This document shows, one piece after another, positions 44,712-53,317 of a stretch of 64,000 nt of DNA (position 1 is its first letter; each line of letters starts with the position of its first letter). Source of the DNA: a virus (Duplodnaviria; Caudoviricetes). Below the pieces are notes generated by a model. That model worked only from the letters and a program-made list of their open reading frames with translations, was not told where the DNA came from and did not search any database. The position numbers and the translations under genes are program-made. Location of the stretch: positions 8,724 through 72,723 of IMG/VR virus record IMGVR_UViG_3300009682_000003. One strand, written 5' to 3'.

Positions 44712-45266
44712 CTACCACATGACGCCAGAGCGCGGCAGCGCCCCGGTGTCGAGGAAGTACTGAATGTCGTGCCGAGCGTCCGCTGCGAAGTCTGCCCAGC
44801 GGGCGTGGCCATGAGTGCCGACGATGCTCATGAAGTAGGAGCGGTTCGGCGTTCGCTTGACCACGAGTGTCTTGCCGTGTGCGCTGTACTGCACCTGCTG
44901 CCCTTGCTTGCGCGGCAGACGCAATCCCTCGCCAGCAAAGTAAGGCTCGATCGTCTCGCGCAGCGCGATCTCCTCGAACCGGATCGCGTCGCCCGCGTCC
45001 ACTGCATGCCAAGCCTTCACGATCTTCCGGTCCCCAGGCCTGCCGTGCCAGACCTCTTCGGTGAGCTCGACGAACCAGCCGTGCGGGTCATGATGGGAAA
45101 GCTCGTAGCGCCTTCTCCTGCCCGGCGGTCCAAACGCGGCGAACACCGCTTGCCCGACGGTGCGTCGGTCGAGCGACTGGCCCTCGTGGATCAGGCCCTC
45201 CTTCTGCGCAACGTAGGTTGCGGCCCCACCCGCTACCCCGCCCAACAAGAACCACAGGAAACTCAT
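44712..45266 (-). CDS. N-terminally membrane-anchored protein
   Basis: MSFLWFLLGGVAGGAATY; AGGAG SD. Confidence 0.7.
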   Translation of the reverse strand: MSFLWFLLGGVAGGAATYVAQKEGLIHEGQSLDRRTVGQAVFAAFGPPGRRRRYELSHHDPHGWFVELTEEVWHGRPGDRKIVKAWHAVDAGDAIRFEEIALRETIEPYFAGEGLRLPRKQGQQVQYSAHGKTLVVKRTPNRSYFMSIVGTHGHARWADFAADARHDIQYFLDTGALPRSGVMW

Positions 45267-45277
45267 GGCATCGACTC

Positions 45278-45763
45278 CTACGTGTACTCAATGAGGCCTG
45301 CGCGTTCCAACCGACGCAGCACGAGCGTCGTGTCGAAGCAGCTAAGCCCGGTTCGCTGGGCGATTGCGCCTTTCGAGGTCGCTCCCGCCCTGATCGCGTC
45401 GAGCACGGCCTCGTTCTCGTGGCGCGTGACCGCCATTTGCTGCCAGTGCGGCATCTTCGACCGCTCGGCCTGGGTAGGCCACTTGCGATCCTCGCGCAGC
45501 TCCCACACCTCCTCGACGTCCTCGAAGTAGCCGGGGTCTTCGGCTCTCGCTCCGAACTGAAACGTGAGCGGCACCATGCGTCCGCGATGGGGCCACGCTT
45601 GCCCGGGGTACCACGCGCCGACCGTGCCATCGGCGGTGTCGTACCATACGACGACGAGCGCCTCAGAGCTTGGGTGCTCCCAGTATTTGCGCCCGCCGAC
45701 AGCGCCGAGGTCGGCGCGCGATCGCGACTCGAAGTCGAGTAGCACCGGGGCGACGTGCGTCAT
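45278..45763 (-). CDS. Chimeric ORF: phage PolA exonuclease N-terminal fragment fused to a wHTH tail
   Basis: LLDFESRSRADLGAVGGRKYWEHPS resembles the start of phage family-A polymerases; only about 60 aa of it is present. Confidence 0.6.
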   Translation of the reverse strand: MTHVAPVLLDFESRSRADLGAVGGRKYWEHPSSEALVVVWYDTADGTVGAWYPGQAWPHRGRMVPLTFQFGARAEDPGYFEDVEEVWELREDRKWPTQAERSKMPHWQQMAVTRHENEAVLDAIRAGATSKGAIAQRTGLSCFDTTLVLRRLERAGLIEYT

Positions 45764-46942
45764 GGCTGCGCCTCGGCAATGCGCGCACGCGCGATCGCTA
45801 CGTACTCGGGGTTGAGCTCGGCGCCGATGAAATCGCGCCCCTGTTGCAGCGCGGCAAGCGCGGTAGTGCCTGCGCCGGTGAACGGGTCGAGCACCACGCC
45901 GCCGGATTTGCATCCGGCGCGCACGCACAGCGACGCGAGCGTGATCGGCATCATCGCGAAGTGGGCGCATCTGGATGGGCGCGGGTTGAAGTGCCAAACG
46001 GAGCGGAGATTGGCGCCCGCGTCGGGGTCAGACTTGAAACCAACGCCGACCACGTGCAGCGACCCGTCGTTGCGCCCGCTGCTACGCGAATAGTCTTGCG
46101 CGCGCCCCTCGTTTTTTGCTGTATCGTATGCACGCGCTTGCGCGGGATGCAAACGCGCTTCCCGCACCGCATCCACGTCGTACCAGTACCGCGGCGATTT
46201 CGTCATTAGGAACACGTATTCATGCGCCTTCGTCGGGCGATCGCGCACGCTCTCAGGCATGCACGATCCGGCGCGCGTATCGCCGCTAAAGCCCTTTGCC
46301 CAAATGATATCCGCCCGCAGGTACCACCCAGCGGATTGGAGCGCGAACGCCACGCGCCATGGGATGCCTACGAGGTCTTTGGGTTTGAGATCGCCGAAGT
46401 CCTTGAACGCGGATAGCACTGTTCGACTCGCGGAAGGGTGCAGCGATCGCGGCCCAAGCACGCCTCTTCGGCCGTCCCTACTTTGCTGCGGTCCGCTTAC
46501 TTTCAGCCCGCTAGTTGATGCGTAGCTATCCCCCAGATTCAGCCAAAGCGTGCCGTCGTCGGCGAGCACGCGATGCACTTCGGAGAATACCGCTACGAGC
46601 CGCGCAACGTACTCGTCCGGCGTAGTCTCGATCCCGATTTGCCCCGCGACGCCGTAGTCGCGTAGGCCCCAATAGGGTGGTGACGTGACGCAGCATGCGA
46701 TCGATTCGTCCGGCAGCGCGCGCAGCACGTCGAGTGCATCGCCCTGCACGATCAACGCTTCGGCTGTCATAGCGCACCCCCGCGCAGCGCGCCCGCTAAC
46801 AGTCTCGCGCACACGACCGCTAGCGCCATCACGCGCGCTCCGTCGTGAGCGAGTATTGCCCGACGGCGGGCCCCCTTAGCGGCATCACGGTCGCGATCAT
46901 GTCCGGCGCGCTCGAGCTAGTAACGATCGCGGGGTCTTCGGC
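45532..46942. mobile_element. Methyltransferase-carrying insertion bounded by a 13-bp direct repeat
   Basis: CGGGGTCTTCGGC at 45532-45544 and 46930-46942, both encoding in-frame AEDP. Confidence 0.55.
45760..46770 (-). CDS. DNA amino-methyltransferase (N4-C/N6-A, beta class)
   Basis: TSPPYWG, WLNLGDSY, IIWAK, HEYVFL, HFAM, VLDPFTGAGTT; visibly more AT-rich codons. Confidence 0.95.
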   Translation of the reverse strand: MTAEALIVQGDALDVLRALPDESIACCVTSPPYWGLRDYGVAGQIGIETTPDEYVARLVAVFSEVHRVLADDGTLWLNLGDSYASTSGLKVSGPQQSRDGRRGVLGPRSLHPSASRTVLSAFKDFGDLKPKDLVGIPWRVAFALQSAGWYLRADIIWAKGFSGDTRAGSCMPESVRDRPTKAHEYVFLMTKSPRYWYDVDAVREARLHPAQARAYDTAKNEGRAQDYSRSSGRNDGSLHVVGVGFKSDPDAGANLRSVWHFNPRPSRCAHFAMMPITLASLCVRAGCKSGGVVLDPFTGAGTTALAALQQGRDFIGAELNPEYVAIARARIAEAQP

Positions 46943-47161
46943 GTCGATCCCGATGTTCAGGTCGAGCCAGTCGCGCGCCGCCGTGATCTCCGCTCCGTGC
47001 CCCTTGCCGTAGTTGCGCTTGCTGAACCGCCCGCTCCAACCGAACGTGCGGGCGATCGAGGGGAAGTCGTGGTCCTGTTGAACCAGGAAACTTCGACCGT
47101 CCTCGTTGCGCACGACGTACGATCCGTAGGGTCCGTCTTCGAGCGTGATCGTGTCGCCCAT
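46829..47161 (-). CDS. Hypothetical protein, probably the 5' half of the split gene
   Basis: ...DWLDLNIGIDAEDP then a foreign-looking tail AIVTSSSAPDMIATVMPLRG. Confidence 0.65.
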   Translation of the reverse strand: MGDTITLEDGPYGSYVVRNEDGRSFLVQQDHDFPSIARTFGWSGRFSKRNYGKGHGAEITAARDWLDLNIGIDAEDPAIVTSSSAPDMIATVMPLRGPAVGQYSLTTERA

Positions 47162-47220
47162 GGCGCAGATTGTGCCCGCGTGTCGCCCCGGAAGGCAAGC
47201 GTCGTGGTACATTCGGCGCC

Positions 47221-47466
47221 ATGCGTGGAGAGCACGAGGCCAGGGCGCGCGAAGCAGGCCCTGTTTGTGGCGAAGACGGGTGCATGGTCGCGCAGTGCAT
47301 CCTCGCGATCCGCAACCTGGCGGACGAGGTCGCCAGGCTAAACCAAATCGTCGCGAGGCTTCAGCCGAGCCGCCTGAACGCGATCCGCGAGGCGAGCTGG
47401 GCCACCGCTGGCGCCATGGTGACGCTTGCCGCCGCGACGTGGTGGTATCTCCAGGTCGTGCGCTAG
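47221..47466 (+). CDS. Small coiled-coil protein with C-terminal TM
   Basis: LAIRNLADEVARLNQIV; hydrophobic tail. Confidence 0.55.
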   Translation: MRGEHEARAREAGPVCGEDGCMVAQCILAIRNLADEVARLNQIVARLQPSRLNAIREASWATAGAMVTLAAATWWYLQVVR

Positions 47467-48425
47467 CCCGACACGCAGCCGTCTTGGATCGCCTCGTCGT
47501 CGAACAGGTCGCAGAATGCGGGAGCGTCCGACTCTTCGAGGAACCCGGCGTACTTGCTCCCTTTGCCAGCGGCGTCAGCCTTGCGCACGCGCTTGATCCA
47601 CTCGCTCATGCTCCCAGGCCTGCACCGCGTAGGCTTGCGCCAGAGGCCGTCAATGCTGCGTGTCTTCGCCGGGTCGGCGTTGCGCTCCATGGCCACGATG
47701 CGGTCGGCCAGGTCGGGGTAGTTGCGAACCAGCCAGGTGATCTCGTGGGGCTTGGAGGCGGGGCAGTAGAAGCAGGCGCTCTTGACGGGGACGCGCAAGC
47801 CGCTGCTCGCGATCTCGGCCTTGCACTGCTCGCGGTCCCAGCCCCACTCGCGAAGCGGATACCAGTACACGTACCGATCGTCGTCTGCGATCTTGCTTCG
47901 CCTTGCGTCCGCCGGCCCCGCGTCGTATCCGATCACTTTGATGCACCTACCGCCGGCATCCCAGGTTTCGAGCGCAGGCCTCCATCCGGCGACGTAGTCG
48001 TTCTGCGGGTCGCGCTTCCACTTGAGCGAGCACCCCTTGCGACCGTAAGCCAGGCTCGGCAGGTCGCGCTGCGCCAGGCACTGGCCTTCCAGCGACGTGT
48101 AGGGCCGGTTGGCGAACTGCCCACGGCCAGGCCCGGGGTAGCAAACGGTCGTGGGCAGGGGAAAGCCTACCGCCTTGCAGAACCTGCCGATCTCGTTCGC
48201 GTAGGCGTAGGTGTCAGGCTTTTCGTCGCCCGTGTCCGCAAACAGGATCATGTCGGGCCGGATGCCCATGCGCGCGAACTCGACGAGCACCGCCGTGCTG
48301 TCCACGCCCATGCCGTACGCCACGATGAGGGGGACCGGGAAGTAGTGCTCCTTGAGCGCGACTTCGCTCGGGTACGGGGGCTTGCACGAGATCACTCGTG
48401 CGTCTCGCTGGGCTCGCGTTGCCAT
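47463..48425 (-). CDS. PP-loop / PAPS-reductase-like protein
   Basis: AYGMGVDST, FADTG, CSLKWK, IGYDA, YPLREWGWDR, KSACFYCP. Confidence 0.85.
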   Translation of the reverse strand: MATRAQRDARVISCKPPYPSEVALKEHYFPVPLIVAYGMGVDSTAVLVEFARMGIRPDMILFADTGDEKPDTYAYANEIGRFCKAVGFPLPTTVCYPGPGRGQFANRPYTSLEGQCLAQRDLPSLAYGRKGCSLKWKRDPQNDYVAGWRPALETWDAGGRCIKVIGYDAGPADARRSKIADDDRYVYWYPLREWGWDREQCKAEIASSGLRVPVKSACFYCPASKPHEITWLVRNYPDLADRIVAMERNADPAKTRSIDGLWRKPTRCRPGSMSEWIKRVRKADAAGKGSKYAGFLEESDAPAFCDLFDDEAIQDGCVSG

Positions 48426-48427
48426 GC

Positions 48428-48760
48428 TCAGGGCAGCTTGTAGACCTTGACGCACCCGGCAAGGCCTTCGCGACCGGCCTTGCGAGCGCCGGCAGCGACG
48501 CCCTCGTCGTATGCTTCCCAGACGGCGTCGGGATCGCGCGAGCGGTTGAAGTCAGCCGCCGTGAACTCGAACGGCGAGAACTGCCTGAAGTGCTCGCTTT
48601 CGACGCTGCCGACCTCGCCCACGAACCAGTCGAGGAACTCGCCCTCGCTGCCGACCTGGACGTCGCCCTCGTACTCGTTGAACAGGTCGACAAAGTTTTC
48701 CTGGCCGATCGCGTGCCCTGTGTCTTGGCCCATGTCGCGGGCCTCTCGCTTGCTCGCCAT
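48428..48760 (-). CDS. Acidic hypothetical protein
   Basis: TACGCT-N6-ATG leaderless start. Confidence 0.7.
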   Translation of the reverse strand: MASKREARDMGQDTGHAIGQENFVDLFNEYEGDVQVGSEGEFLDWFVGEVGSVESEHFRQFSPFEFTAADFNRSRDPDAVWEAYDEGVAAGARKAGREGLAGCVKVYKLP

Positions 48761-48837
48761 GCCGGAAGCGTACACCCCTCACGCCGGGCTTGGCTAGCAG
48801 CTCGACGCCCCGCCCGCCGCCGCGGTAGGCTCGGACA

Positions 48838-49206
48838 ATGACGAGCGAACGAGACGCGCTCCAAGGACTGGTCGACCACCTCGCGGAGGAGATCTCCACG
48901 CCGGCTCACCGCGACCCTTGGACCGAGGTGCAAACCTGGGTCACCCTGCTGCTGCCTGCCCTCACGGACGCGGGCCTGCTCTGGGAGTACACGGGCGCGT
49001 CCAGCGAGGGCGTCATGCTCGACGACGGCGAGACGCTGGGCGGGTTCTGGTTGCTCGATCCCGCAAGCGGGCTCTTCGTCGGGCTCGAGGACGCCGACGA
49101 GGTGCAGGGGCCGTGGATCGCGAAGCTGCGCGAGCAGATCAACGGAGCATCGCGAGCCCAGCTCCGCTTGTACGCTGCCTGGGCTCACGCGGCGATGCAC
49201 CGCTGA
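48838..49206 (+). CDS. Hypothetical protein
   Basis: Codon-consistent ORF. Confidence 0.65.
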   Translation: MTSERDALQGLVDHLAEEISTPAHRDPWTEVQTWVTLLLPALTDAGLLWEYTGASSEGVMLDDGETLGGFWLLDPASGLFVGLEDADEVQGPWIAKLREQINGASRAQLRLYAAWAHAAMHR

Positions 49207-49222
49207 CGGCAGAGCCCGGGGC

Positions 49223-49981
49223 GTGTACCATCGCGCCATTGCCGGGTTCGCGTTCTTGCTCACCGTCAACACCCCGGCGTGGCTCGGCACCGCGCGCGTG
49301 CCCCTTTTCATATCGCACAACCGCCTTGTTGCGATCCGCAGCCTCCCTCGCGCCGCCGCGCCCTGGGCGCTGGACAGCGGCGCCTACACCCAGGTGACCA
49401 GCTACGGCGGGTTTTCCACGAGCGCCCGGGGCTATGCCCGGTGCACCAGGCGCTACCGCGACGAGGTGGGGCGCATGGTCTGGGCGTCATGCCAGGACTG
49501 GATGACCGAGCCCGAGGCGCTGCGCGCCACCGGGATGACGATCGAGCGTCACCAGCAGCTCACGGTAGCGAGCTTCTTGGAGCTTTCCTCGATTGCCCCT
49601 GACCTCCCCTGGCTCCCCGTGCTCCAGGGGCAGACCATCGCGGACTACGAACGGTGCCTGCGGCTGTTCGAGGGCGCGGGCGTCGACCTGCGCCGTTTCC
49701 CCTCGGTGGGGCTCGGCTCCGTATGCCGGCGGCAGGGCACGATCGAGGTCGAGCGCATCGTGCGCGAGCTGGCGGGCTACGGGCTGCGCCTGCACGCCTT
49801 CGGCGCCAAGAAGACCGGGCTGCGGCGGTACGTGGACGCGGTCGTGAGCAGCGACTCGAACGCCTGGAGCGCTCGCGCCAGGTGGGCTGCCGCGGACGGC
49901 ACCGCCTTGCCGAGCGACCGCAACAGCCTCGCCTACGCACTGCGGTGGCGCGAGGAGCTGCTCGTGGAGCTTGGGCTGTGA
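49223..49981 (+). CDS. TGT-like (DpdA-type) base-exchange transglycosylase
   Basis: PLFISHNRL, WALDSGAY, CQDWMTEP, WLPVLQG, GLGSVCRRQ, LHAFGAK, SSDSNAWS. Confidence 0.75.
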   Translation: MYHRAIAGFAFLLTVNTPAWLGTARVPLFISHNRLVAIRSLPRAAAPWALDSGAYTQVTSYGGFSTSARGYARCTRRYRDEVGRMVWASCQDWMTEPEALRATGMTIERHQQLTVASFLELSSIAPDLPWLPVLQGQTIADYERCLRLFEGAGVDLRRFPSVGLGSVCRRQGTIEVERIVRELAGYGLRLHAFGAKKTGLRRYVDAVVSSDSNAWSARARWAAADGTALPSDRNSLAYALRWREELLVELGL

Positions 49982-50232
49982 GCCCGAGGCCGAACGTCCG
50001 GGTGCGCAACGTCGAGGGCGCTTGGAGCTGGGCCTCGGGGGCGACGCCCGCCGTAGCCGTCTCGATCGATTGCATCCCCGACGTGCGTGCCGTGCTCGAC
50101 AGGAACCAGCTCTGGTTCCGCGGCAACCGCGTGCTGCCAGCACGTATGATCACGCTTGCAGACGTGCCCGATGGCCAGTATGCGTTTGTGCATGCCGCGG
50201 GGAAGGTCTGGGAACTTGTGTTCGTCGGGTAG
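49978..50232 (+). CDS. Hypothetical protein
   Basis: GTGA coupling. Confidence 0.6.
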   Translation: MSPRPNVRVRNVEGAWSWASGATPAVAVSIDCIPDVRAVLDRNQLWFRGNRVLPARMITLADVPDGQYAFVHAAGKVWELVFVG

Positions 50233-50406
50233 CACGTACGGGACGGCTGGCGTGTGGGCTGACCACGTCGTCGTCGGCTCGAGCGAGGCGCGCTGTTCTT
50301 GCGGAGCTTCGGCAACGATCCCGAACGGAGCTCCAAGCGACCCGAAGCGCCTGAACGCGATCTGGGACTTCCTCGTCGAGCACCGGACCTGCAAGCCGAG
50401 GCCCAG

Positions 50407-50634
50407 GTGAACTGGCGCGACGACGCAGTGGACGGCTGCAAGGCCGTGCTCATGGGCGTGCTCCGCTCGTCGCCAGCTCTTCTGCGCAGCGAGGTCGACG
50501 GCCTGCGCCCAGCGGTGCGGCACCTCAAGCGGCTTGCCCACTCCCCGAGCGTGGGCCTGGCGCTCTACCACGCCGGTCACGTCCTTGCCTACGGCGAGCA
50601 GGTCGCGCCACGCTGCGACGCGAGCGTGCGCTAG
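50407..50634 (+). CDS. Hypothetical protein
   Basis: GTGA coupling with a small upstream ORF. Confidence 0.5.
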   Translation: MNWRDDAVDGCKAVLMGVLRSSPALLRSEVDGLRPAVRHLKRLAHSPSVGLALYHAGHVLAYGEQVAPRCDASVR

Positions 50635-50680
50635 TCGTGCAACAACCTCCGAGGCGTGATGGCTCGCGCGCCGGCCCCCG

Positions 50681-50709
50681 TTGACGAGGAACAAACCGGC
50701 GCGTAGCAT
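50681..50709 (+). promoter_or_regulatory. Sigma70-type promoter, leaderless
   Basis: TTGACG-N17-TAGCAT-N6-ATG(50716). Confidence 0.8.
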
Positions 50710-50715
50710 CGGCGC

Positions 50716-51057
50716 ATGGGCGACTACTACTTTTTGACGAGCTGCGTCGGCTGGTCAGGCCGCGGTTGCGGGCCGGAACGAGACGCGGGGCGCGACATTC
50801 AGCGCATGGTCGATGGCGCGAGGGACGTGTCCCGATCGACGTTCCTGAAGCACGTTGACAGGGGCAACCTGCGCGAGGTCGAGGCGATGCTCGGGTACGC
50901 CGAGCACCCCTCGCAAGGCCTCACCATGGCGGGCGACTGGCACGTCAGCTACCACCGCGGACGGTTCTGCGGGATGCCCGTGTACTACTTCGTCTGGTCC
51001 GCGATCGAACACATTTTCATGCGACCCGAGGACATGCGGCGCGCTGGCGTGGCGTAG
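50716..51057 (+). CDS. Phage hypothetical protein
   Basis: DWHVSYHRG...YYFVWSAIEHIF; promoter directly upstream. Confidence 0.8.
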   Translation: MGDYYFLTSCVGWSGRGCGPERDAGRDIQRMVDGARDVSRSTFLKHVDRGNLREVEAMLGYAEHPSQGLTMAGDWHVSYHRGRFCGMPVYYFVWSAIEHIFMRPEDMRRAGVA

Positions 51058-51063
51058 CGTAGC

Positions 51064-51453
51064 TCACCCCAGGTAGGGAAGGAGCCTGCGCAGGATCGTG
51101 CGCTCGCTGTAATCCACGCCGCGAGGGCCGAGCACTTCCTCCACCTGCCCCTCTTGGAAGAACGCCTCGGCCACGGGCTTCCACACCCAGATCGCCTGCC
51201 CGGCCTCCGAATCGTCCGTCTGCTCGGCTTCGCGCGTCAGGTCGAACTCGGCCAGCCCCACGTACGGCAGCCGGCGGTTGATCGTCAGCACGTACGCGCG
51301 CGGCCCCTGCATGTAGGCGTAGTCGTAGTCGTCGGAGCCGGAACCGTGCTCCAGCTCGTAGCTCCGACCGCGGTACTTGATCACCGCGTTGTGGTGGTAG
51401 TTGTAGTGGCCGCGTGTGTAGCGGCGGCGGTACTTGATCTCGACCTGGCGCAT
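51064..51453 (-). CDS. Tyr-rich hypothetical protein
   Basis: TACTCT-N6-ATG leaderless start. Confidence 0.7.
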   Translation of the reverse strand: MRQVEIKYRRRYTRGHYNYHHNAVIKYRGRSYELEHGSGSDDYDYAYMQGPRAYVLTINRRLPYVGLAEFDLTREAEQTDDSEAGQAIWVWKPVAEAFFQEGQVEEVLGPRGVDYSERTILRRLLPYLG

Positions 51454-51476
51454 GCGCCGAGAGTACCACCGCTCGG

Positions 51477-51824
51477 TCAGGGCTTGGCAACCGTCGCGGG
51501 CAAAGGCGGGATCGGCATCCACCACTGAGGCTCGTGCTCGGGGTCCACGATGTACCCGTCCAGGTCGTCGCCCCATCCGAGGCCCTGCTGGTAGCTCATG
51601 ACCTCGACGTTGCCTTGCGTCGCGGCGAGCACGGGCCGCGCGTTCGGCGGCACCCAGATCTTTGCGTCGAGCCAGCCGGCTTCCGAGCACATGATCGGCG
51701 CCGAGCTTGACGGTGTTTCGACGCCCGGCGCCAGCACGGCAACGACGCCTGGGTTCTCGGGCCTGTCGGGGCAGTCTCGACCGTGATGCTCGGTCGAGCC
51801 GCAGTGCGCGCACTTCCAGCTCAT
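51477..51824 (-). CDS. Zn-knuckle + DUF551-like protein
   Basis: CAHCGSTEHHGRDC; WWMPIPPLP tail. Confidence 0.7.
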   Translation of the reverse strand: MSWKCAHCGSTEHHGRDCPDRPENPGVVAVLAPGVETPSSSAPIMCSEAGWLDAKIWVPPNARPVLAATQGNVEVMSYQQGLGWGDDLDGYIVDPEHEPQWWMPIPPLPATVAKP

Positions 51825-52396
51825 GGCTTGCTCCCTTCCGGTTCCCCAACGTACACGAGCCCGAGCGTGAACAGGGCCGTTCGGTCGTCGCCCTCGGGCA
51901 CCGCAACGACCGGCGGTACGAGCACCAGCTTGCCGCGGTCCTCGCGAAGGTACTGGTCGGTCAGGTCGAGCTGCACGCAATTCTGCTCGTGGTTGCCCAC
52001 TGCGGCGTGCACGACGCGAGCGGCCCGCACCCACACCTCGACGTCCAGTTTCGGGTCGCCCTCGACCAGGGCGATCTTGACCTTGCACGTCGGGTCGTCG
52101 CGCGCGTCGAAGGCTGCCGCGAGCACGCGCATGGGGACGCACTTCGACCCGAGCACGAGGTGCAGAGCCCGGGACCGCATCGTGAACGCCGGCACCTTGC
52201 TCGTGCGCCAGGTCGAGCGGGCGGCGACCCACGCGAACCCAACGCCGAGAGCTACCCAGAATGCTTCGCTTCCTCGCACGTAGGCGAGCACCGCGGACCA
52301 GGCGATGAATGGCAGTGGGATCAGCCACACAAGCCGCCCGAACCAGTATCCCACCTTCGACGAGGCGGGCAGCAGACTGTACACTTCCTGGCGCAT
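51821..52396 (-). CDS. Membrane protein (2 TM)
   Basis: Two hydrophobic segments; GAGGGTG SD. Confidence 0.65.
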   Translation of the reverse strand: MRQEVYSLLPASSKVGYWFGRLVWLIPLPFIAWSAVLAYVRGSEAFWVALGVGFAWVAARSTWRTSKVPAFTMRSRALHLVLGSKCVPMRVLAAAFDARDDPTCKVKIALVEGDPKLDVEVWVRAARVVHAAVGNHEQNCVQLDLTDQYLREDRGKLVLVPPVVAVPEGDDRTALFTLGLVYVGEPEGSKP

Positions 52397-52418
52397 TGAC
52401 ACCCTCGCTGAATGGCAA

Positions 52419-52619
52419 TCACTCTGCGACGTAGTAGTTCGCCTCACCGAGGGGGCAATTCTCGCGCAGCAGGGCGCAACACCTACGCACGGAAGCCTCT
52501 CCGGTTCCAAATGACTCCTCCGAATGACCGCAACGACTGCACGTCACAATCACGCCGTCAACGTCGTAGCCGTCGTCGTTCTCCAACGTAGTCTCGTCCA
52601 CCTCGCAAACGACCTTCAT
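52419..52619 (-). CDS. Small Cys-rich protein
   Basis: CSRCGH...CC...C; AAGGAGGGA SD. Confidence 0.75.
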   Translation of the reverse strand: MKVVCEVDETTLENDDGYDVDGVIVTCSRCGHSEESFGTGEASVRRCCALLRENCPLGEANYYVAE

Positions 52620-52623
52620 GGTC

Positions 52624-52809
52624 CTATCCCTCCTTCGAGCACTCTCGGCACAGAGCCCTTCCCTTCGCGTGGAAGTCGCCCCTGTAGATGCGAGCGTGGC
52701 CGCAGTCGAGGTGCACGGTGTGCACTGGGATCTGCCACCACACGTTCGGACCGACGTGCTGCTCCATCGCCGTGTCGACCTTCACGACCTTCCTGAACTG
52801 CCGCTTCAC
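52624..52809 (-). CDS. Small Zn-binding protein
   Basis: LDCGH...CREC. Confidence 0.65.
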   Translation of the reverse strand: MKRQFRKVVKVDTAMEQHVGPNVWWQIPVHTVHLDCGHARIYRGDFHAKGRALCRECSKEG

Positions 52810-53009
52810 TCGCCCCCCTTTCCGACCCTCACGACCGATGCTTCGATTTGGTAGCCGTAGTCGTCCTCAACAACGTTCAGGCTCACGACCGTGCCGTTGT
52901 CGAGAACGAACCCGGTGACGTTGCCGACCCACATGCCCAGGTGCGTGTTCCACACGCGCTCTTGGAGCACGCGCACGACTCGTTTGCCGACAACGTCTCG
53001 GGCACGCAT
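52806..53009 (-). CDS. Hypothetical protein
   Basis: GGAGGTG SD. Confidence 0.65.
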   Translation of the reverse strand: MRARDVVGKRVVRVLQERVWNTHLGMWVGNVTGFVLDNGTVVSLNVVEDDYGYQIEASVVRVGKGGE

Positions 53010-53011
53010 GA

Positions 53012-53317
53012 TCACACCTCCGCTGCGCGTTTCAGCGCGTCAATGAAAGCGTCCTCGTTGGCCGCGGAGCCGGCGGCGAACATGCCGCCGTTCATGGTCA
53101 CGATCCCTGCCGGCCAGCCGTTGAACTCGACGTACATGGTGAAGGGCTCGACGACGGGGCCGTGCGAGCACTTGAGCTTTTCGTCGTGCGGGTTGATCGC
53201 GATCCACCACTGCTCGTCGATCTCCTTTTCGTAGCAGCCCTCGGCCTCGCGAATGTTCTTGACGCCTTCCTTCTCGGTCAGCTTCAGCAGGCACTCCCAG
53301 ATCACGGGTAGGCTCAT
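53012..53317 (-). CDS. Phage hypothetical protein
   Basis: VEFNGWPAGIV...GGMFAAG motif; GAAGG SD. Confidence 0.75.
   Translation of the reverse strand: MSLPVIWECLLKLTEKEGVKNIREAEGCYEKEIDEQWWIAINPHDEKLKCSHGPVVEPFTMYVEFNGWPAGIVTMNGGMFAAGSAANEDAFIDALKRAAEV

Noticed and set aside
45278-45763. Functional DNA polymerase A
   Set aside because: Only about 60 aa of the N-terminus is present; no polymerase motifs A, B or C.
46120-46132. TGTATCGTATGCA as a seventh motif copy
   Set aside because: Needs a 3-bp deletion and lies in the apparently foreign methyltransferase.
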